In this document: in pieces, positions 57,564 through 64,000 of the stretch
How positions within the stretch are numbered: position 1 is the first letter of the stretch
Layout of the letters: each line of letters starts with the position of its first letter
Assembly (NCBI GenBank): GCA_965219135.1
Contig: CBDCMV010000003.1
Coordinates: forward strand, 2,176,616 to 2,240,615
DNA length: 64,000 nucleotides
Direction of reading: 5' to 3'
Source of the DNA: Alphaproteobacteria bacterium
GTDB taxonomy: Bacteria; Pseudomonadota; Alphaproteobacteria; VGEJ01
Position numbers and translations under genes: made by a program
The notes under the pieces: generated by a model
Database searches by the model: none
Told to the model about the DNA's origin: nothing
What the model saw: the letters and a program-made list of their open reading frames with translations, nothing else

Positions 57564-58349
57564 CGCCGGGTCGACGGAGATCGACCTTCTCGTCGAGTCC
57601 GACCTTGCGCGGCCGTTCGCCGGCGAACTTGACCCGGAGCGTGTAGTCCTTCGCCGGCAGCAAGCCCGCCAGCGTCAGCACGCCGTCAGGGTGGCCGCGT
57701 TCTGCCAATCCGCCGCCACGGCCGAAATGGACTAGAGCACCACGCCGATATCGCCCTGCGGCCACCACCCCGGGAGGTTTCGGGGGCGGCCGCTCACGAA
57801 CTTCGCCGCGTGATCGCCGACTCAAACGGAGACAGGAGCGGTGACACCCGCCCGCTGTGGATAACCGGGTTGTCGCCGCCAGACTCTTGGCGGTCACTGC
57901 GCCAACCCGGTTACCTACAGCTCGACCAAGTCCGACACCCCAAACACCGCGTCTGGGGGTACGACCGCACGCTCAAAGTGAGAAATTTTCGATCGACAAA
58001 AGTGGGAAATTTTCAGTCGCAATTGACACCCACCACGCTGACACTCAAATTAGCCCGATCACTCTCAAATCCAGCGCCTCAAAAACGCCTCGTGAGAAGT
58101 CCGGGTCAGAGCAGTGCTTTCGTCTGCCCCATACCCGCTCGGCCGCCCGCCATCACCCGGCCACCCGGCGACCGAACGACCGAACGTGTGTGGACGCCCC
58201 CGTTGATGCAAGCAGTTTTTGGTCGGCTCGGTGCATGCGGTCAGGTGCTGTCGTGTGTCCGGCCTCTCTATGCGGCAGATGACACGCCGCGGGCCCTTTA
58301 TGAGGCGACAACAGTCAAGTGACAAATTGGACTATGGCGTCGGCATACG

Positions 58350-58570
58350 TCGGTCTCCCCGGGTTTCCCGCTCTATGGTTGGTCGTGCCAGGTTCGGAAC
58401 GTCTTCTTGCATCGGTCGCGCGGCAATACGCGTACCCACCTTTTATCCGGCCGGATCCGTCAGTCTCCCCGGGTTTCCCGCTCTATGGTTGGTCGTGCCA
58501 GGTTCGGAACGTCTTCTTGCATCGGTCGCGCGGCAATACGCGTACCCACCTTTTATCCGGCCGGATCCGT
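58350..58570. repeat. 110-bp tandem direct repeat, two copies plus a 9-bp partial third
   Basis: 58350-58459 and 58460-58569 are near-identical ('CGTCAGTCTCCCCGGGTTTCCCGCTCTATGGTTGG...TTTTATCCGGCCGGATC'). Confidence 0.85.
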
Positions 58571-58736
58571 CAGTCTGCATGACCCGTACCCCGATCCCGC
58601 TTACTGCGGGCGCAACGTTCCGAGGGTGGGGCCCATCTGTATGGCGGCGTCTTTCAGCCCGGCCCGCGGTCGGCCACTCACCACCCGGCTCAAACCCGGC
58701 CGGGTCCGGCCGGATTGGAGAAGCGAGGTCTTGTGT

Positions 58737-59927
58737 TCAGGCGAGCCTGGCGCCTGTCGGCACGAGACCGGTCTCGGAGAACCGCCAGAGGGCGATGAGC
58801 AGCTTGCGGGCGAGCGCCACGATCATCACCCGGCGGATCCGTCCCCGCGCCCCAGCGGTACGCTGTTCAAACCATTCTGAAAGTGCGCTGTCGGGCTGAT
58901 ACCGCACCCAGCGCCACGCCATTTGAATGAGTTGCGCCCGGATCCAGGCCGGGCCATCGCGACCGATCCCCTGGTCCCGTAGCGTGTCCCCGCTGGCCCA
59001 GGGGGTTGGTGTCATGCCGACCCAGCTTGCGAGCTCCCGGCGGTTGCGGAACCCGCGGTAGAAGATCTCGTGGATCAGCAGGGTCGCGTCGTTCTCGCCG
59101 ATCCCCTTCAGCCGGGTCAGCGTCGCGATCTTCACCATCGCCTGCGCGACACTACCCTCCGGGACATCCGCGATCGAGAGTTTTGCTCCCGACTGCGCAG
59201 CCTCGTCTCGTTCGGCCTCGACCTGCACAATCTGTCGTTCCACAAGGGCCAAGCGCTCCGCAAGTCGCAGGATCTCCTGCCGGGCTAACAGCGGAAACGG
59301 TGTCCCATACGCGGTCCTCACTTCGGCGAACTTCGCCTCGAATCCCTTGGCGCGGGGCGCCAGGTCGAAGACGCCGTGCAACTTGAGGAGCCCCTTGATC
59401 GAGTTCGTCAACGATGTCCGTTCCTTCACTAAGCGCTGGCGCTCCCGAAGCAGGCGCTTGCGGTCCTCTTGCTCCACACTCGGCACCCGCACCTGGCTCA
59501 GCACGGCCGCGTCGCCGCGGTCATGCGCAAGCAGTGCCCGTACCATCTTCTTCGCGTCGATCCGGTCTGTCTTCCGCTGCTTTGCCTTCCGGTTTACCAG
59601 GAGGCTCGCAGGATCCAGCACGACCGTCTCGACAGACATAGCCCGGTCCAACCAACGTGCCAGCCAGAACCCCTCGTACCCGGCTTCGTAGCAGCACAGA
59701 ACACGCAACTCACTACCGAGAACCCGTTCGGCCTTGGCCCGATGATGTTCAATCAGAGTCTTGAGGCCCTCAACATCCGCAGCGGCGAGGGGGTGAAGGC
59801 CGATCCGCCCGCCCGCCGGGCTCTTGAGCCCAACCACCCAGCTCTTCCGGCTGATCTCGATCGCGACGTAGAGCGTGCTAGATTCTGCGCCGGTCGGGGC
59901 GGCGGTGATTTCGCTTCTTGCTGGCAT
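58737..59927 (-). CDS. IS110-family transposase, copy 2 (intact)
   Basis: 396 aa. N-terminal DEDD domain 'STLYVAIEISRKSWVVGLKSP' and C-terminal 'VPGIGPI'-type domain. Confidence 0.85.
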   Translation of the reverse strand: MPARSEITAAPTGAESSTLYVAIEISRKSWVVGLKSPAGGRIGLHPLAAADVEGLKTLIEHHRAKAERVLGSELRVLCCYEAGYEGFWLARWLDRAMSVETVVLDPASLLVNRKAKQRKTDRIDAKKMVRALLAHDRGDAAVLSQVRVPSVEQEDRKRLLRERQRLVKERTSLTNSIKGLLKLHGVFDLAPRAKGFEAKFAEVRTAYGTPFPLLARQEILRLAERLALVERQIVQVEAERDEAAQSGAKLSIADVPEGSVAQAMVKIATLTRLKGIGENDATLLIHEIFYRGFRNRRELASWVGMTPTPWASGDTLRDQGIGRDGPAWIRAQLIQMAWRWVRYQPDSALSEWFEQRTAGARGRIRRVMIVALARKLLIALWRFSETGLVPTGARLA

Positions 59928-60155
59928 CTCCTGTCTCCTGATGAGGGTTTACAAGAACGGTAGCGTAGCCCCGGTCTCGGATTCGCCTCATAGGATCTGT
60001 ATGGAGATACGCGGATTGGGTCCAAATCGGTTACGCGAGCTTGAAAGCTCTCCGTTCGGATGCTGGTTTTCCCAACCCGGTCTCGTTGACCTTTGCCCTT
60101 ACCTGTCCTCCGTCCTGCCCACATCCCCGACGGCTTCCCGCACTTCGCCGTTCTC

Positions 60156-61178
60156 TCAGGCGGTGGCGGGAGCCCGGTAGCTCTCCTTCTTCGTCAGTAG
60201 CGCCCAGACGATGCGCGCCATCCTGTTGGCCAGCGCCACCGCGACGAGCATCCTCGGCTTGCGCGCCAGCATCCCGGCCAGCCAGGGGTCCGTCGTCACG
60301 CCGCGCCGAACCGCCCAGCGGACCACAGTCATCGCGCCTGTGATCAGCAGCCGTCTCAGATCGCGCTGGCCCATCTTCGATATTTTGCCCAGCTTCGGCT
60401 TACCGCCGGTCGTGTGCTGGCGCGGCACGAGGCCGAGCCAAGCGGAGAAGTCGCGGCCGCGCCGGAAACTCTCCATCGGCGGTGCGAAGGCCTGGATTGC
60501 CATCGCGCTGATCGGCCCGATCCCCGGCACGCTCATCAGGCGCCTCGCCTCCTCATCCTGCCGTGCTCTCACGTGGACCTCCTTCTCCAGGCCCGCAATC
60601 TTCGCATCGAGGCCGGCGATCTGCTCAAGCAGAAGGCCGGCCAGCTCGCGGACCGCTTCCGGCAACCTCGAAGCCGGTCCCTCAAGCGCCGAGGCCAGCC
60701 GGCCGACATGAGCCGGCCCCTGCGGGGCAATGACACCGAACTCCGCCAGATGGCCACGCAGCGCATTAATCGTCTGGGTGCGCTGGCGCACCAGAAGATC
60801 GCGCGTCTGGAACAGCATGCCCCGAGCCTGCTGTTCCTCCGTCTTCACAGCCACAAAGCGCATGGTCGGCCGCGACGACGCCTCGCAGATCGCCTCCGCA
60901 TCCGACGCGTCGTTCTTTTGCCGCTTGACGTACGCTTTGACGTAGATCGGTGGGACCAGTCGCACCGCATGGCCGAGACTGCCGATCTCCCGGCCCCAAT
61001 GGTGCGCGCCGCCGCACGCCTCCATCGCCACCGTGCAGCGTGGCTGCGCAGCCACAAAGTCCAACAGCTTCGCCCGGCTCAGCTTCTTGCGGGACGCAAC
61101 CGACCCATCCGCCCGCGCACCGTGCAGCTGAAAGCTGTTCTTCGCCAGATCGATCCCGATCATGTGAACCTGTTCCAT
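60156..61178 (-). CDS. IS110-family transposase, different subgroup (intact)
   Basis: 'MIGIDLAKNSFQLHGARADGSV...SVPGIGPISAMAIQAF...' in 340 aa. Confidence 0.85.
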   Translation of the reverse strand: MEQVHMIGIDLAKNSFQLHGARADGSVASRKKLSRAKLLDFVAAQPRCTVAMEACGGAHHWGREIGSLGHAVRLVPPIYVKAYVKRQKNDASDAEAICEASSRPTMRFVAVKTEEQQARGMLFQTRDLLVRQRTQTINALRGHLAEFGVIAPQGPAHVGRLASALEGPASRLPEAVRELAGLLLEQIAGLDAKIAGLEKEVHVRARQDEEARRLMSVPGIGPISAMAIQAFAPPMESFRRGRDFSAWLGLVPRQHTTGGKPKLGKISKMGQRDLRRLLITGAMTVVRWAVRRGVTTDPWLAGMLARKPRMLVAVALANRMARIVWALLTKKESYRAPATA

Positions 61179-61387
61179 GGACGCCCCCTTCCTCGCTTGG
61201 CGTTAACAACACCGCCAACCTGGCACATCGCGATGCCGTCGGGAGGGGCGTCCACCCCATCGGTTGAACGGTTTCTGGTTAAGAGGTCAAGGGAGGTCAA
61301 GGGAAGTCAGGAGATGCCTGGAGCTCTCTTAAAAACCATTCCGAGGACATTCCGAAACGTGTTTTGGAAGAGGTTGCCTGGAAGAAC

Positions 61388-61424
61388 AAACGCCGCTAAG
61401 ATATTGTCTTAGCGGCGTTTTATT
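61388..61424 (+). terminator. Rho-independent terminator
   Basis: AACGCCGCTAAG-atattgt-CTTAGCGGCGTT followed by TTATTT. Confidence 0.6.
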
Positions 61425-61472
61425 TGGTTGCGGGGGTTGGATTTGAACCAACGACCTTCAGGTTATGAGCCG
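61425..61472 (-). tRNA. Partial tRNA-Met (initiator-like), 3' half only (anticodon loop through CCA); likely integrase att-site remnant
   Basis: Reverse complement reads 'CTCATAACCTGAAGGTCGTTGGTTCAAATCCAACCCCCGCAACCA' (CAU anticodon loop, T-arm GGTTCAAATCC, acceptor, CCA). No matching 5' half or D-arm upstream. Confidence 0.6.
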
Positions 61473-61701
61473 GAATGATACCCTCTGGTCCGGAACCCGC
61501 CTCTACTGCGCTGGGAAGCGCTCACATGCGCTAGTCTACAATAAACTCCCGTTTTTCCGCGACATAAAAATCTAACATCACACTTGAGTCATCGCCAGAG
61601 ATACGCTCTAATGCGCAGCGGTTTACCTTGACTCGCTTGCGGTACGCTTACGGTAAAGCGATATAGGGTTCTTGTCAAACAGTGTGAGAAAAGAGCTATT
61701 C

Positions 61702-61827
61702 ATGGCCAGATTGGAATATCGGTCGGTTTCCAAGCGCACGGTGGATGGGCTCTCCGTTGGGGACAAGGATACCGTGTTCTGGGATCGCGAACTCTCCGGG
61801 TTCGAAGTCAGGAAATTCTCTTGAACC
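61702..61827 (+). pseudogene. Tyrosine integrase N-terminal (arm-type DNA-binding, DUF4102-like) stub, 41 codons then stop
   Basis: 'MARLEYRSVSKRTVDGLSVGDKDTVFWDRELSGFEVRKFS*' matches the P4-type integrase N-terminal pattern (L..R.V..L.....D...WD..L.GFG.R). No catalytic domain follows. Confidence 0.55.
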
Positions 61828-62128
61828 AAGACGTTCTGATAAACTTATCATAAACCATTGATACGTATTAGTAATTGGTGTGTACTGCATTCAATCGTGC
61901 CCCCCTCCATTCCGGTTATCATTTTCACGTAAGCAAAGGGCAAGCGGATTCGATCAATACCCTGGGCACCCTTGCCCCCCGTTGTCGTCGTTCACTACCA
62001 GGCACGACCGTCGCTCCCAACAGCTCGGCCCGCGTAATCGACCTTTTCGGCGACTGCCTAGCCGAACGGGCCGTGGCTATCGTCATGTAACATCGAGCGC
62101 GGAACTCCGGCTGGAAGAGCGCAAGAGA

Positions 62129-62921
62129 TTACCCGCCCGAACGACCGGTCGGATCGGGTGCGGACCAATATTCGCCGAACTCGAGGATGCGGCTTCGCCT
62201 GGTCCAGTTGCCGGGCTCTCCGGACCAGCTCCATTCGACGTGGAGCCATTGGTCGGGATCGCGGGACGGATCGAGCGGCTTCCATCCGGGGTCGTCATGC
62301 AGCGCGAGTGTATGCGCCAGATAGGCGAAGGCCATGTGGAGGCTGGTCCATTCGAGGAAGCACATGCCGTCGAGCGTCTCGGAAACGATGAGGCCCCTGT
62401 TTTCATCAAGGTCGGCGAAGGAAACATGTATCTGCTCGCCATCCATAAGCAGGGAGCTGTCCTGAACGTCGTAGTCGCCGATGCAGCGCATGATCGCGGT
62501 CGAGGGTGGACAGCCGAGTGCCTCCACGCGGGAAAGGGCGTCCTCTTCGAGCGCCCCGAGGAGAGCGAAGGAGAGCGGATACGGGCATGATTCCGGCGTC
62601 GGAACCGGTTCCTGCATCGACACGCTGAAATAGGGCTCCGCGTCGCCGCCGGTGAGCTCGCCGAAGCCGATCGTGCCGTCCGGTCGGAGACTCGCTACGG
62701 GGCACAACTCGCGCAGCCAGGACAGTTTCCGCTGCGCGTAATCGCTGAGGTTCCACGATCCCCGCAGCGACTTGTAGTTGCAGGCGCTGGCGCCGCGTCG
62801 CCTCGTTGAGCGAATCCAGCCAGGGACGATGCGCGGCGTCGGGCCGCTGCGACGACGGCCGGCAGAGCTCGCTGTCGAGCGCGAACGCGAACTCGTGGGT
62901 CATCGCCATCCGGTCTTGCAT
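62129..62921 (-). pseudogene. Hypothetical protein with an apparent frameshift around 62765
   Basis: N-terminal ORF 'MQDRMAMTHEFAFALDSELCRPSS...' (62921 down to about 62770) and the protein-like continuation 'NYKSLRGSWNLSDYAQRKLSWLRELCPVASLRPDGTIGFGELTGG...' lie in adjacent frames. Confidence 0.3.
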
Positions 62922-63137
62922 CGCGGCTTCCCAATTGGCGGTGGATCGGCCCCACGGCGTAGGGGTTCCAGCCTGTGTCCATAACGCCTGTATGGCACGC
63001 CGGGAGCCGGCAGGCCATTGCCCCGCATGGTCCGGTCAACGGTCATGATCCGGCCCGGGTCCCGCTTGAGATCCCGGAATTCCTCCGCCGCGTCCCCTGA
63101 CCGCTACCCGCTTCTGCACCGCCGCGAACTGCCCGTC

Positions 63138-63926
63138 TCAGAACGAATAGCGCAGCGACATCCGGAAACCGTGGCCCGTGAGCCTTGCCCGCGTCGGCGC
63201 CAGATCGAGCGCCAGCGGCTCCCGGCTTCCGTCCCGCCAGATTACCCGGCCCGCACCTCGACCGGTATGGACGGCCCCGAGGTCGGTATAGCGCCAGGCC
63301 AGATCGACCGTCACCCGCTCGCCCAGCGCCGCCGCCACCCCCGCTGTCACCATCCATGCAAGATCCGTCCGGCCCGCGCCCGGAACGATCGTCGTCGTCG
63401 CCGGAAACGTCATGCGGGTCTGCCCGATCCGGGTGTGCGCAACGCCAAGGCCGGCCCCGACAAACGGCCCGAACGGGCCGATCTTCGGTACGCCCGCACC
63501 CGGCAGGTCGATGTAGGCGGCAACCATGCCGGCGAACGATGACAGATCGGCCGCTACGGATTGCCGGCTCTCCGGCGACAGAAAGTTGGCGCGGCCCCTG
63601 AAGGCGAAAGCCGGCCGGTATTCGACCAGAACCTCAAGTCGGGCTGCGGGCGCTACTGCAAGGCCGAGTCCCAGCTCAAGGGGAATCATCGTCCCGAAAT
63701 GCCCGACCGAACGATAGGGAGCGCCGTCTCCGCCGGTGCCGCAGCCATAGAGCGCCGCCGGCGAGGCGCTCGAACAGTCCCGATCCCTAAAGACGGTCTT
63801 CCCCGCGCGGTCGAGACCGAGGCCGGCCCGCACGTACCAGTCGGCGGCGGAGGGTTCGGCCGCTCCGACCGCCATACACCCCGCGGCCATCATCGCGCTC
63901 GCCGCCCAACGGCGCCACCTCGTCAT
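63138..63926 (-). CDS. Outer-membrane beta-barrel protein (OmpA-like / Omp25-type porin family)
   Basis: Signal peptide 'MTRWRRWAASAMMAAGCMAVGA'. Alternating Gly/aromatic beta-strands. C-terminal 'RMSLRYSF'. Confidence 0.65.
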   Translation of the reverse strand: MTRWRRWAASAMMAAGCMAVGAAEPSAADWYVRAGLGLDRAGKTVFRDRDCSSASPAALYGCGTGGDGAPYRSVGHFGTMIPLELGLGLAVAPAARLEVLVEYRPAFAFRGRANFLSPESRQSVAADLSSFAGMVAAYIDLPGAGVPKIGPFGPFVGAGLGVAHTRIGQTRMTFPATTTIVPGAGRTDLAWMVTAGVAAALGERVTVDLAWRYTDLGAVHTGRGAGRVIWRDGSREPLALDLAPTRARLTGHGFRMSLRYSF

Positions 63927-64000
63927 GTCCTGCTAATGCCCCTCGGTGCGGCCGTCCGCGAACTGCACGTCGAACGACAGGAAGCGGTCGAAGAGGGCGG

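Noticed and set aside
58350-58570. 110-bp tandem repeat considered as a CRISPR-like array
   Set aside because: Only two directly abutting copies with no spacers. It is adjacent to an IS110 end.

Overview
This 64-kb window is a high-GC (about 65%) accessory region from an alphaproteobacterium, probably Rhizobiales. The organism call rests on an F1-ATPase zeta-inhibitor gene and an FseA-type ICE regulator, both characteristic of that group. The region is strongly mosaic, with islands of visibly lower GC.

Left to right:
- 1-1253: truncated beta-class DNA methyltransferase next to an IS3 remnant (1366-2100).
- 2124-2522: MAPEG family membrane protein gene.
- 2861-4470: umuDC (error-prone polymerase V).
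- 6747-8921: rearrangement scar with juxtaposed gene fragments, an intact LysR regulator, and a tandem partial copy of its 5' end.
- 9406-12852: large autotransporter with FN3 and Calx-beta passenger domains. It has an upstream heptanucleotide tandem repeat and a signal peptide encoded in the wrong frame.
- 12.9-26 kb: ICE-derived regulatory and maintenance module.
  - split FseA-like activator and excisionase-like HTH protein
  - fused methyltransferase/SNF2-Sno helicase
  - SSB, ParB-like nuclease, vWA/DUF2201, DUF3150 and MoxR-like ATPase
- 26627-27376: dsbA.
- 27.6-32.3 kb: a 4.7-kb island bounded by 450-bp direct repeats of the dsbA 3' end. It carries a translationally coupled operon: Ubl, Cys-less E2/UEV-like protein, and a JAB::E1 fusion. 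A convergent papain-like peptidase and a divergent XRE regulator sit beside it.
- 35.2-39.8 kb: a second, paralogous Ubl / E2-like / JAB::E1 operon. It is divergent from an ECF-sigma / unknown / ImmA-IrrE metallopeptidase operon.
- Near these two systems: a truncated GmrSD-like (DUF262/DUF1524) + AlbA_2 gene, an EamA transporter fragment, and an HNH endonuclease-like gene.
- 40-61 kb: IS-dense zone.
  - IS3 (intact), IS21 istB, IS1595 (nonsense mutation), two IS5 remnants, three IS110 copies, IS256
  - split ACC-deaminase-family paralog fragments and an F1-ATPase zeta inhibitor gene
  - a 1201-aa P-loop NTPase-phosphoribosyltransferase fusion protein
- 61.4-61.8 kb: half a tRNA-fMet and an integrase N-terminal stub. 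This looks like a decayed att site.

The Ubl/E2-like/JAB-E1 modules and their regulators are the most notable content. Every functional call comes from reading motifs in the translations. No database search was run.
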